Source: Candidatus Micrarchaeota archaeon (GTDB lineage: Archaea; Micrarchaeota; Micrarchaeia; Norongarragalinales; Norongarragalinaceae). From it: a DNA stretch of 35,268 nt. Shown piece after piece: positions 25,221 to 34,522 of this stretch. A program made the position numbers and the translations under genes. The stretch lies in contig JACQQD010000007.1 in assembly GCA_016207165.1 (NCBI GenBank), positions 1-35,268 of the forward strand. Reading direction: 5' to 3'. How positions within the stretch are numbered: the first letter of the stretch is position 1; every line of letters begins with the position of its first letter. The notes beneath the pieces were generated by a model that saw only the letters and a list, made by a program, of their open reading frames with translations, had not been told where the DNA came from and did not search any database.

Positions 25221-25433
25221 TTGGGCAGAGTCAAAGGAAAAGCCATTAAAACCGCGGCCAAGACCCTGGTTAACCAGTTCAGCCGCGCATTTACCTCGAG
25301 CTTTGACGAAAACAAGGCCAAAGTCAACGAATTGGGCATTCTTCCGGATAGCAAGAAGGAACGCATGAAGCTGGCCGGCGAAATTACCGTCCTGATGAAG
25401 CGAAAAGCCGCATTCGACCCGCAAAAGAATTAA
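25221..25433 (+). CDS. rps17e: 30S ribosomal protein S17e
   Basis: MGRVK...IK..A..L...F...F..NK...SKK.R.KLAG.IT pattern; TTG start with SD GGTGA. Confidence 0.9.
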   Translation: MGRVKGKAIKTAAKTLVNQFSRAFTSSFDENKAKVNELGILPDSKKERMKLAGEITVLMKRKAAFDPQKN

Positions 25434-25460
25434 ATAATGCTTTGGCCCCATACAGGAAAA

Positions 25461-25562
25461 GGTTGAGCGGGTCAACCAATCCAAAGGGCATTCTTTGGTC
25501 TCTTCTTTGCCATGGGGGTGCCTCCGGCTTCGGTGCCCGCCAGCCCCATAACCTTTGAAAGG
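25461..25562 (+). promoter_or_regulatory. Putative structured 5' leader of the argF-pyr operon
   Basis: Four successive inverted repeats with a pyrimidine tract after the second. Confidence 0.4.
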
Positions 25563-25573
25563 ATTTACCTGAA

Positions 25574-26512
25574 ATGCCCGGATTGCACTGCAAAGACCTC
25601 CTTTGCGTGCAAGACTTTTCTGCTTCCGAACTGCAGGGACTCATCGACTATGCCCTGAAGCTGAAACACGGCCAGATTCCCGACGCATCCACCCTGTTGT
25701 CTGGAAAAAGCCTGGGCATGCTCTTCCAGAAGCCCTCCACCCGCACCCGCGTCTCTTTTGAAGCCGGCATGACGAAACTCGGCGGCCACGCCTTGTACTT
25801 AAACGCGCAAGACCTCCAGTTGGGCCGCAATGAAACCCTGGAAGACACCGCCAAAACCTTGTCCCGGTACCTCGACGGCCTCATGGTGCGCCTCTTTCGG
25901 CATCAAGACGCCGTGGACCTCGCGCGCCACGCCTCCATACCCGTCATCAACGGCTTAACCGATCTTTTTCATCCTTGTCAATCCTTGGCCGACGCCTTGA
26001 CCATCCAAGAACTCAAAGGCCACGTCGCCGGAACGAAAATCGCCTTTGTCGGCAACGCCGGCGACAACGTCGGCCATTCCCTGGTGCTTTGCGCCACGAA
26101 ACTGGGTGCCCACGTGCGCGTCGCCGCCCCCAAAGGCTACCAACCCTCCGACGACGTCACGCGGTGGGCCCAACAAAACGCGAAACAAAGCCGGGGTAGC
26201 CTCTTGATCACGGAATCCGTGGACGAGGCCGTGGCGGACGCCGACGTCGTGTACGCCGACACGTGGGTGAGCATGGGCCAGGAAGCCGAAAAACAAAAGC
26301 GCCTTTCAGACCTTGACGGCTACCAAGTCACGCAAGCCGTCATGAATAAAACCAACGCCGCCGTGTTCATGCATGACTTGCCGGCGTACCGAGGCGTCGA
26401 AGTCGCGGCCGACGTAATCGACGGCCCGCACAGCGTCGTCTTTGACCAAGCCGAAAACCGGTTGTGGGCCCAGAACGCCGTGCTGGTGGCATTGTTGGGG
26501 GAAAAAAAATGA
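25574..26512 (+). CDS. argF: Ornithine carbamoyltransferase
   Basis: STRTRVSF, HPCQSLAD, DTWVSMGQE, FMHDLPA, QAENRL. Confidence 0.95.
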   Translation: MPGLHCKDLLCVQDFSASELQGLIDYALKLKHGQIPDASTLLSGKSLGMLFQKPSTRTRVSFEAGMTKLGGHALYLNAQDLQLGRNETLEDTAKTLSRYLDGLMVRLFRHQDAVDLARHASIPVINGLTDLFHPCQSLADALTIQELKGHVAGTKIAFVGNAGDNVGHSLVLCATKLGAHVRVAAPKGYQPSDDVTRWAQQNAKQSRGSLLITESVDEAVADADVVYADTWVSMGQEAEKQKRLSDLDGYQVTQAVMNKTNAAVFMHDLPAYRGVEVAADVIDGPHSVVFDQAENRLWAQNAVLVALLGEKK

Positions 26513-27405
26513 ACTTGATTTCCATGCGGGAAACGTCCAAGGCCTTCATCGAAGACATTCTCAAGACCGCGAAAAAACACGAGAAAACCGCCCGCGAAAA
26601 AAAAGTCCTCTCCACCCTTGACGACAAGACCCTCGGCATCCTCTTCTTTGAGCCGTCCACGCGCACGCGGCTTTCGTTTCAAGCCGCCATGCGGCGTTTG
26701 GGCGGCGAATCCATTGGTTTTAACGACGCCCACTTTTCCTCGTCGGCCAAAGGCGAAACCCTCTCGGACACCATTCGAGTCGTGGAAGGGTACGTCGACG
26801 CCATCGTCCTGCGGCACTCCGTGGAAGGCGCGGCCGCCCGAGCGGCGGAAGTCACCACGCTGCCGGTAATCAACGCCGGCGACGGCGCCAACCAGCACCC
26901 CACCCAAGCCTTGTTGGACTTGTACACCATCCAGAAAGAAAAAGGAAAACTCGAGGGCCTCACCGTGGTTTTGGCTGGCGACCTCAAGTACGGCCGCACC
27001 GTGCATTCCCTCATGTACGCGTTGAGCCACTTTGGCTGCACCATCCAATTGCATTGCCCGCCCAGCCTGAAAATGCCGGAATCCATTGTCGAGGAAGTCC
27101 GCCAAAAAACGACGGTCGAGGAAGTCACCGACTTTACGCAAGCCGACGTGGTCTACGCCACCCGCGTCCAGCGCGAACGCTTTGCCGACCCCGAAGAATA
27201 CCAGAAAAGCCTCTACGTCATTGACGCCGACGTGATGGCCACCCTCAAAAAGGACGCCATGCTGATGCACCCGCTGCCCCGCGTCCAGGAAATCACGCCC
27301 GACGTCGACTTGGACCCGCGCGCCAAGTACTTCGAGCAAACCTTTTACGGCGTGCCGGTGCGCATGGCCATTCTGGAAACGCTGATGGAGGGCAAGAACC
27401 CATGA
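26509..27405 (+). CDS. pyrB: Aspartate carbamoyltransferase catalytic subunit
   Basis: FFEPSTRTRLSF, KGETLSDT, HPTQALLD, TRVQRERF, MHPLPR; ATG overlaps the argF stop. Confidence 0.96.
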   Translation: MNLISMRETSKAFIEDILKTAKKHEKTAREKKVLSTLDDKTLGILFFEPSTRTRLSFQAAMRRLGGESIGFNDAHFSSSAKGETLSDTIRVVEGYVDAIVLRHSVEGAAARAAEVTTLPVINAGDGANQHPTQALLDLYTIQKEKGKLEGLTVVLAGDLKYGRTVHSLMYALSHFGCTIQLHCPPSLKMPESIVEEVRQKTTVEEVTDFTQADVVYATRVQRERFADPEEYQKSLYVIDADVMATLKKDAMLMHPLPRVQEITPDVDLDPRAKYFEQTFYGVPVRMAILETLMEGKNP

Positions 27406-27875
27406 CTGCCAACAAGGAAAACGAGTTTCTCAAAGCCAAGAAAATCGAGAACGGAACCGTCATCGACCACATCCCCAAGGGCTCGGCGTTGAAAGTGCTT
27501 TCCATCCTGAAAATCGGCGACGACTTCCCCGGCACCGTCACCGTTTTGATGAACGTGCCCTCCTCGCACTACGGCGAAAAAGACATCATCAAAATCGAAG
27601 GCAAGAAACTCGCCAAAAAAGAGGTGGCGCAAATCGCGTTGATTGCCCCCACCGCGTCCGTGAACACCATCCAACACTTTTCCGTCGTCGACAAGTACGT
27701 CGTCCAAACGCCCAAAAAGTTGGAGGGCGTCATGCCGTGCCCCAACCCCAACTGCATTACGAGGAGAGAAGGCGAATCCCATTTGGACGTCGAGCAAACC
27801 AACCCCTTCCGCGTCCGCTGTGCGTATTGTGAAAAAGTCTACGGCGAAGACGACCTCAAAGCCGCTTTGGAATGA
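27402..27875 (+). CDS. pyrI: Aspartate carbamoyltransferase regulatory subunit
   Basis: IENGTVIDHI, KDIIKIE, Zn ligands CPNPNC and CAYC. Confidence 0.96.
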   Translation: MTANKENEFLKAKKIENGTVIDHIPKGSALKVLSILKIGDDFPGTVTVLMNVPSSHYGEKDIIKIEGKKLAKKEVAQIALIAPTASVNTIQHFSVVDKYVVQTPKKLEGVMPCPNPNCITRREGESHLDVEQTNPFRVRCAYCEKVYGEDDLKAALE

Positions 27876-27882
27876 ACGACAC

Positions 27883-28563
27883 ATGTTTCGCGACGCGCTT
27901 GAACAGGCCGCCAAAGAACGCCAAAGCCGGCTGGTCCTGGCGTTGGACGAACCGGATTCCAAAAAAGCGTTCTCCGTACTGCGCAAAACCGCCAAATACC
28001 TGCTTTGCGTCAAGCTTCACCCCGAAATGCCCTTGATTTGGAAAACCACGCACGAAAAAGCCATCTCCAAAATCAAGAAGCACGTGCCCTACGTCATTCT
28101 GGACGCCAAACTCGCTGACATCGGCTCCAGCAACGCCTTCAAGTCCGATTACTATTTCGCCCAAGGCGTTGACGCCATCATTGCCCACGGATTTCCCGGA
28201 ATGGACAGCGTCAAGTCCATCCAGCGCGACGGCAAAGGCGTCTTTTTGTTGTGCGCCATGACCAGCCCCGGCCACCTCTTCAGCGAAGAACTCGCCGTGA
28301 AGTTGGCGGCCATGGGCCAACAACTCAACGTCGACGGCCTGGTGGCTCCCGGCAACCAATACGAACTGCTTTCCAAAATCCACGCCGCCGCGCCTGCGTT
28401 ACCCATCGCGTCTCCAGGCCTCGGCACGCAAGGCGGCGACGCCAAGCTTGCCGCCCAAAACGGAACCCGCTACGCCATCGTCGGCCGCTCCATTTTAACC
28501 GCCGAAAAACCAGGAATCGAAGCCCGCCGCACGCGCGACGCCGTCAACGAGGTGCTGAAATGA
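27883..28563 (+). CDS. pyrF: Orotidine 5'-phosphate decarboxylase
   Basis: LALD, DAKLADIG (DxKxxD), SPGLGTQGG, IVGRSI. Confidence 0.93.
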   Translation: MFRDALEQAAKERQSRLVLALDEPDSKKAFSVLRKTAKYLLCVKLHPEMPLIWKTTHEKAISKIKKHVPYVILDAKLADIGSSNAFKSDYYFAQGVDAIIAHGFPGMDSVKSIQRDGKGVFLLCAMTSPGHLFSEELAVKLAAMGQQLNVDGLVAPGNQYELLSKIHAAAPALPIASPGLGTQGGDAKLAAQNGTRYAIVGRSILTAEKPGIEARRTRDAVNEVLK

Positions 28564-29228
28564 ACGAAAGCCAGGAAGAACTCGCCGAGTTCTTGGTCAA
28601 ACACAAGGCCCTGCAATTCGGCGAATTCACGCTGAAATCCGGACGCAAGAGCCCGTACTACTACAACATTCGTTCCCTTTCCACCGGAGAGGCCATCTCC
28701 AAAATCGCTTCCGTTTACGCCCAAAAAATCATGGACGAAAACTTGGAACCCGACGTCTTGTTCGGCCCCGCCTACGCCGGCATCCCCTTGGCTGTAGCCA
28801 CCGCCCTTTACTTGAACGACCACCACGACCAAAACGTGCGTTTTGCTTTCGACCGAAAGGAAGTCAAGGAATACGGCGACGCCAACACCAAAGCCCTCAT
28901 CGGCTCCCTTCAAGAAGGCGACCGCGTGCTGATCATCGACGACATGATGACCACCGGCGGCACCAAACTGGAAGCCAAGCAAAAAATCGAGGCCTTCGCC
29001 TCCGTTGACGTCATCGGCATCCTGATTTCCTTTGACCGAATGGAAAAAGACGAAAACGGCGTCTACGCCGCTAAATCCCTCAAAGACCAGGGCCTGCCCG
29101 TCTACTCCGTGCTTGACGCTCCCTCCGTATTCGAATTCCTTCGCAACCGAAACATCGGCGGAGCCGTCCACGTCACCGACGCGCATTTCCAGGCCTTCCA
29201 AGCCTACCGCAAACAATACGGGGTTTAA
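28560..29228 (+). CDS. pyrE: Orotate phosphoribosyltransferase
   Basis: FGEFTLKSGRKSPYY, LFGPAYAGIP, DRKEVK, IIDDMMTTGG. Confidence 0.95.
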   Translation: MNESQEELAEFLVKHKALQFGEFTLKSGRKSPYYYNIRSLSTGEAISKIASVYAQKIMDENLEPDVLFGPAYAGIPLAVATALYLNDHHDQNVRFAFDRKEVKEYGDANTKALIGSLQEGDRVLIIDDMMTTGGTKLEAKQKIEAFASVDVIGILISFDRMEKDENGVYAAKSLKDQGLPVYSVLDAPSVFEFLRNRNIGGAVHVTDAHFQAFQAYRKQYGV

Positions 29229-29614
29229 GCCGACTGCTCGCCGTGCTCTTCGGCCAACACGCTTCGCGCGGCCCGAATCACGGCGGAAAGATGGTGGAAT
29301 TGGTCTTCGGATAACTTAAGAAGCGGCAGTTCGGCCTCACTTCCGTGTTGAAGGGTAATGGTCACTTTGTGGCTTTGGTCCCTGCGGGTTCTTGGGGTTT
29401 TTTGATCCGTAAAGCGAATGACGGCCTGCGTCGTGCCGCCCTTCGGGCGACTGAATTCAATCCACGTGCCGGTTTCATGCGTCAACACTTCCCCAAACGA
29501 CTGCCATCCCGGGCCTGCCACCTCAGAAAATCGTTGGGCCAAGCTCCCCCGCGGCCGAACCAAAGTCAACCTCGGTTGCACGTCCTCCTTCCGTCGATCC
29601 ATGACCCCTTTCAT
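29225..29614 (-). CDS. Hypothetical protein
   Basis: ORF fills the pyrE-pyrC gap; stop overlaps the pyrE stop; TTTATAATT upstream on the minus strand. Confidence 0.55.
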   Translation of the reverse strand: MKGVMDRRKEDVQPRLTLVRPRGSLAQRFSEVAGPGWQSFGEVLTHETGTWIEFSRPKGGTTQAVIRFTDQKTPRTRRDQSHKVTITLQHGSEAELPLLKLSEDQFHHLSAVIRAARSVLAEEHGEQSA

Positions 29615-29718
29615 GGCGTCTCCAATTATAAATTCCTGCCACTACGGCGTGCCTCACAAGATTTAATTCCCGGTAACCCCTTCCATGTCTTCAAACGCAG
29701 CGATACCCGGTGACCCAC

Positions 29719-31068
29719 ATGGCCAAACCAAAAACTTTCTTCATCCGAAACGCACGAGCCGTGGACGCGGTCAACCACCTCAAACCCATCGAACTTTCCA
29801 TCCAAGGCCAAACCATCGCCCACGTCGGCCCGCCGGGATCCCTCCATCCCACTCCCGACGCAGACATCCTGGATGCGCAAAACCAACTCGTTTTACCGGG
29901 ATTCATCGACTGCCACGTGCATTTACGCGACTCGGGTGCCTCCGATTCCATCCAGCGCGCCAAGGAAGACTTCTCTACCGGCACCAAAGCCGCCATTGCC
30001 GGCGGCGTGACGACGGTGCTTGACATGCCCAACACCAATCCCCCGACGGCCACGCCGGAGGCCTTCCAAACCAAATTGGTTCATGCCCGCCGAACCGCGT
30101 ACTGCGACTTCGGCTTGTTTGCCGGCGCGACGAACGACAACGCCAACACCGTCCACCAACTCGTCCACGACGGCGCCGTGGCCGTCAAAATGTACATGGG
30201 TGCGTCCACAGGCAGCCTGTTGGTGGACGCCCCTGGAAAAGAGGAACCGTTTTTCAAGTCCGCGGCAGATCACGGCTTTGTTTTGGCCCTCCACGCGGAA
30301 AGCCAGGATTGCCTCAAACGCCACGAAGCCCTGTTTAACGAAACCAAAAAGCCCCGCCACTCGCAAGTGCGCCCCCCGCAATGTGCGGAACACGCGGTTG
30401 AGGCCGCCATGCAATTCATCCGCAAATACGAGAACCAGACCTACATCTGCCACGCCTCCACCGCCCAAGAAGTCGAACTCGTCCGCCACGCCAAAACCCA
30501 GGGCCTGCCGGTCTTCATGGAGGCATGCACCCACCACTTGTTTTTGACGGCCGACGAGGAACTCTACCACGAAAACCGCGTCAAAATGAATCCCCCCCTC
30601 CGAAGCAAACACGACGTGGACGCGCTCTGGAAGGCGTTAAACGACGGCACCATTGACACCGTCGCCACCGACCACGCGCCCCACACCCTCCAGGAGAAAA
30701 ACCAGAATTACTGGGAGGCGCCCGCGGGCGTTCCAGGACTTGAAACACTCATGCCCCTCATGCTTTCCGCCGCCTTGCAAGGCAAAACAACGCTGGAAAC
30801 CGTCCAAAAAACTTGCTGCGAAAACCCGGCGAAAATCTTTGGCCTCAACCAAAAAGGCCAACTCAAACCAGGCCTTGACGCCGACTTGGTCTTCGTGGAC
30901 TTGGACACGGAAAAACCAGTCGACGAATCAACGCTTTTCACTCGATGCGGCTGGTCCCCGTACACCGGAAAACGCTTAAGAGGCTGGCCCACCCAAGTAC
31001 TGCTTCGAGGCCAAACCGTTTACGCAAACGGATTCCTTCACGGGCCCTTGGGGCGAAGCGTGAAATAA
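29719..31068 (+). CDS. pyrC: Dihydroorotase
   Basis: PGFIDCHVHLR, AGGVTTVLDMPNT, KMNPPLR, ATDHAPH; SD GGTGA before the ATG at 29719. Confidence 0.93.
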   Translation: MAKPKTFFIRNARAVDAVNHLKPIELSIQGQTIAHVGPPGSLHPTPDADILDAQNQLVLPGFIDCHVHLRDSGASDSIQRAKEDFSTGTKAAIAGGVTTVLDMPNTNPPTATPEAFQTKLVHARRTAYCDFGLFAGATNDNANTVHQLVHDGAVAVKMYMGASTGSLLVDAPGKEEPFFKSAADHGFVLALHAESQDCLKRHEALFNETKKPRHSQVRPPQCAEHAVEAAMQFIRKYENQTYICHASTAQEVELVRHAKTQGLPVFMEACTHHLFLTADEELYHENRVKMNPPLRSKHDVDALWKALNDGTIDTVATDHAPHTLQEKNQNYWEAPAGVPGLETLMPLMLSAALQGKTTLETVQKTCCENPAKIFGLNQKGQLKPGLDADLVFVDLDTEKPVDESTLFTRCGWSPYTGKRLRGWPTQVLLRGQTVYANGFLHGPLGRSVK

Positions 31069-31069
31069 A

Positions 31070-31987
31070 ATGGCGACGCTGTCCACGCAATTCCTCGGAA
31101 AAAAATTCAAGAACCCTTTTGTTCTGGCCTCCGGATTCATGGGCGTCACCGGATTGTCCATGGCTTCCGCCGCCAAGCACGGCTTTGGAGCCGTCACCAT
31201 CAAGTCCCTGTCCCTTCAACCCCGCAAAGGCCACCCTGCTCCTGTAATCGTCGAATTCGACCGCGGCCTCATCAACGCCGTGGGCCTGTCCAATCCCGGA
31301 GTCAAAGAAGGCGCCGACGAACTGGCGTTGGCCAAGAAAGAAGCCGGCGTGCCGGTGTTCGCCTCCGTGTTCGCGGACACCGTCGAACACTTCGCCGAAG
31401 CCGCCAAAGCCGTTTCCAAGGCAAAACCCGACTTTTTGGAAATCGATGTTTCGTGCCCCAACGTCGACAACGAATTCGGCACCCCCTTTGCCTGCGACCC
31501 CAAAGCCGCCTACGACGTCACCCGCGCCGTCAAGAAAGCCGTCCCCATTCCGCTCAGCGTCAAACTCTCGCCCAACGTGCCGCACCTGGGGCCCATCGCG
31601 CGACAAGTCGAAAAAGCTGGCGCGGACGCAATCAACGCCATCAACACCCTCAAAGGCATGGTCATCCAACCCGAAGCAAGAAGGCCGGTACTGACGAATA
31701 AGTTCGGCGGCATTTCCGGGCCCGCGCTTTTCCCAGTAGCCACGCGCTGCATTTATGAAGCCTACCAATCCGCGAAGATTCCCATCATCGGCACCGGAGG
31801 CGTTACCACGGGACGCGACGCGGCCTCCCACCTCATGGCCGGAGCCAGCCTGGTGGGAATCGGCTCGGCGCTTCATTTCCGGGGCCTTGACGCCGCCAAA
31901 ACCATTGGAAAAGAACTTTTGGAATTCATGGAACTGGAAGGCTACAAAAAAGTCCAAGACATGGTGGGGTTAGCGCATGAGGCGTGA
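31070..31987 (+). CDS. pyrD: Dihydroorotate dehydrogenase, family 1B catalytic subunit
   Basis: NPFVLASG, NAVGLSNPG, SCPN, VKLSPN, INTL, GGISGP. Confidence 0.95.
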   Translation: MATLSTQFLGKKFKNPFVLASGFMGVTGLSMASAAKHGFGAVTIKSLSLQPRKGHPAPVIVEFDRGLINAVGLSNPGVKEGADELALAKKEAGVPVFASVFADTVEHFAEAAKAVSKAKPDFLEIDVSCPNVDNEFGTPFACDPKAAYDVTRAVKKAVPIPLSVKLSPNVPHLGPIARQVEKAGADAINAINTLKGMVIQPEARRPVLTNKFGGISGPALFPVATRCIYEAYQSAKIPIIGTGGVTTGRDAASHLMAGASLVGIGSALHFRGLDAAKTIGKELLEFMELEGYKKVQDMVGLAHEA

Positions 31988-31996
31988 GGTGTCCCA

Positions 31997-32383
31997 ATGA
32001 CGGAAGTACTGGACGTCATCGGGCGAATGCACAACCACGTGATTGAACACGGGTTCCAACGGTTCGGCGTTACCAAGCCACCCGAACCACGAGAGATTCA
32101 AGGACACTCCTTGAAAGTCTATAGAGTCATCTATGAGAATCCAACGGGTTATCACGCGCCATCCATGGATGAACAAGCGCCTTCGGACGACCCCATTGAA
32201 CGACTTCGAAGCCAACTCACGGAAAAATACCCCAATGTTTTGGTCCACCACTACCGAGGTGCCACGGACTTGGAGGGCTTTACCACCATCGACTTTGCCG
32301 ACAAAAACGATCCAACGCTTTCAAAGGCCGACGTTCTCAATGTCTACGCGCGACTGGGCATGGGCCCAAGGGGACTAAAATGA
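31997..32383 (+). CDS. Hypothetical protein between pyrD and pyrK
   Basis: SD GAGGTG; stop overlaps the pyrK ATG (ATGA). Confidence 0.65.
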   Translation: MTEVLDVIGRMHNHVIEHGFQRFGVTKPPEPREIQGHSLKVYRVIYENPTGYHAPSMDEQAPSDDPIERLRSQLTEKYPNVLVHHYRGATDLEGFTTIDFADKNDPTLSKADVLNVYARLGMGPRGLK

Positions 32384-33174
32384 AGCTTTCCGCCGCCTTT
32401 GAAATGGTCCGCCTCTTGGAGGTCAAAAACGAGAATCCCTCCACCAAGACCTTCGTCTTTGAGCACGACTTGGGAGCCAAGCCCGGCCAATTCGTTATGG
32501 CCTGGATTCCCACAGTCAACGAGAAACCCATGAGCGTGGGCGGCGACGAAGGCAACACGTTTTCCCTGACTGTGGCCAACGTGGGAACGTTTTCCGAAGC
32601 CTTCCAAAAACTCAAACCCGGCGACCGCATCGGCGTTCGGGGCCCGTATGGACGCGCCTACCAGTTGAAAGGCAAGCGCGTGGCCATGGTCGGCGGCGGA
32701 TTTGGCTCCGCGCCGCTTCGCTTCCTTGCGGAACTCGCCCGGAAAAAGGCGGTGCACGTGGACTTCATCCAAGGCGCGCGCTCCAAGGACCGATTGATCC
32801 TGGAAAAGGACATCCAAAAACTCGGCTGCCACCTGCATGTTGCGACGAACGACGGCTCCAAAGGAAAAAAAGGAATGGTGACCGACGTGTTGGCGGAACT
32901 CTTGAAGGCCAACCGCTACGACGGCGTGTACGCCTGCGGCCCCGAATTGATGATGCAGGCCGTCGGCAAGCTTTGCGAAAAACACGCCACGTACTGCGAA
33001 ATCTCGGTGGAACGCTACATGAAGTGCGGATTCGGCGTGTGCGGCCAATGCGATTGCGGCGGTCTTCTGACTTGCGTGGAAGGCACCGTGGTGGACTACC
33101 AGAAAATTAAGGACAACCCTGATTTCGGCAGAATCCACCGCGACGCCTCCGGACAAAAACACTTCTTCAAATGA
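32380..33174 (+). CDS. pyrK: Dihydroorotate dehydrogenase electron transfer subunit
   Basis: PGQFVM, RGPYG, GGGFGSAP, ACGPELM, [2Fe-2S] motif CGFGVCGQC...C. Confidence 0.95.
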   Translation: MKLSAAFEMVRLLEVKNENPSTKTFVFEHDLGAKPGQFVMAWIPTVNEKPMSVGGDEGNTFSLTVANVGTFSEAFQKLKPGDRIGVRGPYGRAYQLKGKRVAMVGGGFGSAPLRFLAELARKKAVHVDFIQGARSKDRLILEKDIQKLGCHLHVATNDGSKGKKGMVTDVLAELLKANRYDGVYACGPELMMQAVGKLCEKHATYCEISVERYMKCGFGVCGQCDCGGLLTCVEGTVVDYQKIKDNPDFGRIHRDASGQKHFFK

Positions 33175-33178
33175 GGAT

Positions 33179-33330
33179 TATAGCAAGACCGGCAAATGAA
33201 ACAAACCGCCAAGCGGTTTGCTGCATGCTGCAAGCCGTTATCGGCTTGCATCATTTCACGACGAATAGGCCGGTCTTGCTAGACAGCAAACCAAGACTAT
33301 TTTATCTGTTTACTTTCTTGGTTTGCTGTA
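33179..33330. repeat. Paired palindromic repeat element, copy 3
   Basis: First unit 33181-33281 differs from copy 1 at 5 of 101 nt; second unit 33284-33328 has 13-bp arms CAGCAAACCAAGA/TCTTGGTTTGCTG. Confidence 0.9.
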
Positions 33331-33818
33331 TGGAACGGCTCAACGTGCTTGGAGACCTCAAAGCGAACCTCAAACGCTACGGCATTTCCATGACGGGTGT
33401 TTCGCGCGTAACCGTCATCCATCCCTTGGATTCCAGAGAAAATTTCGACCTACAATCCGGAGTAGTAACGCGGCAACCTCGTGCGGCCGGACGAAACGAA
33501 CAGAAATTCGAGGGTTTCCAAGTTTTTCTTGACGGCCCAACCCAACAGTTGAACGGAAACCACGCATTCAATGAGCTCTGCCGCTGGCTCATGCAAAACA
33601 GGGAAATTGCTGTCCGCACCCACGAAGAACACGTGATTTCCCCGCGTTGGCCGCAAGCCCAAGACGCCGAAAGACTTCGGCAGGAAGGACACGGCGTCCG
33701 CGCGGACATGCTGGAAACCGATTACGGCACGCCCCAAACCACGTTGCTGGTTTACAGCAAAAACCCGCTTTCCGATTCCCTGATGGAAAAGGCAAGAGCC
33801 CTGGTGCAACACCCGTGA
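33330..33818 (+). CDS. Hypothetical protein
   Basis: MERLNVLGDL...; ATG overlaps the terminal TA of repeat copy 3; stop overlaps the next GTG start. Confidence 0.6.
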   Translation: MERLNVLGDLKANLKRYGISMTGVSRVTVIHPLDSRENFDLQSGVVTRQPRAAGRNEQKFEGFQVFLDGPTQQLNGNHAFNELCRWLMQNREIAVRTHEEHVISPRWPQAQDAERLRQEGHGVRADMLETDYGTPQTTLLVYSKNPLSDSLMEKARALVQHP

Positions 33819-34522
33819 ACATCCATTACCTCCAGCACGCCGACTACGAAAGCCCTGTCCACATCCATGCCTGGGCGGAAAACCGCGGCTATCCCTTCAT
33901 CGGCCACCAAGTCCACCAAGGCGACTCGCTGCCCGAATTGGATGACTTCGATATGCTCGTCGTCATGGGCGGACCCATGGGAGTCCACGACGAAGAACAA
34001 TACCCTTGGCTGAAGCAGGAAAAACAACTCATCCGCGAAGCCGTGTCCAATGGAAAACTCGTTTTAGGCATTTGCCTCGGCCACCAACTGCTCGCCGACG
34101 CGCTGGGCGGCACCGTAGGCAAAAGCCCGCAACCGGAAACCGGTTTCTTTGATGTCACGTTTCTGCCCGGAATCCAGGATTCGCCCGTGTTCGGCTTTTT
34201 GGCCGGAGAAACCGTGAAGGCCTGCCAAATCCACGGCGACGCCGTTTTAAAGATGCCGCAAGGCGCGCGGCAGATTGCCTCCAACGATGCCTGCCCCGTC
34301 CAAGCCTTTGAGTTAAACGGCGGAAAAGTGGTGGGATTGCAGTTCCACTTGGAGTTGACCGCGGAACGATTGGAAGACGTGTTTTTATGCGCGCCGAACT
34401 ACTTTAAAAAAAATGAAAAATACACGCATTCCATTGAAAAAATGCGGTCGGAAGTGCCAAAGTACGCGCCGCACGCCCACGAGGTCCTCGAGCAAATCCT
34501 GGACAATATGGTGAACGCATGA
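33815..34522 (+). CDS. Class I glutamine amidotransferase-like protein
   Basis: VMGGPMGV, YPWL, GICLGHQL, HGD, LQFHLE; GTG start. Confidence 0.9.
   Translation: MNIHYLQHADYESPVHIHAWAENRGYPFIGHQVHQGDSLPELDDFDMLVVMGGPMGVHDEEQYPWLKQEKQLIREAVSNGKLVLGICLGHQLLADALGGTVGKSPQPETGFFDVTFLPGIQDSPVFGFLAGETVKACQIHGDAVLKMPQGARQIASNDACPVQAFELNGGKVVGLQFHLELTAERLEDVFLCAPNYFKKNEKYTHSIEKMRSEVPKYAPHAHEVLEQILDNMVNA

Noticed and set aside
33171-33329. N-terminal 53 codons of the 215-aa ORF
   Set aside because: This is a translation of repeat copy 3; the more plausible start is 33330
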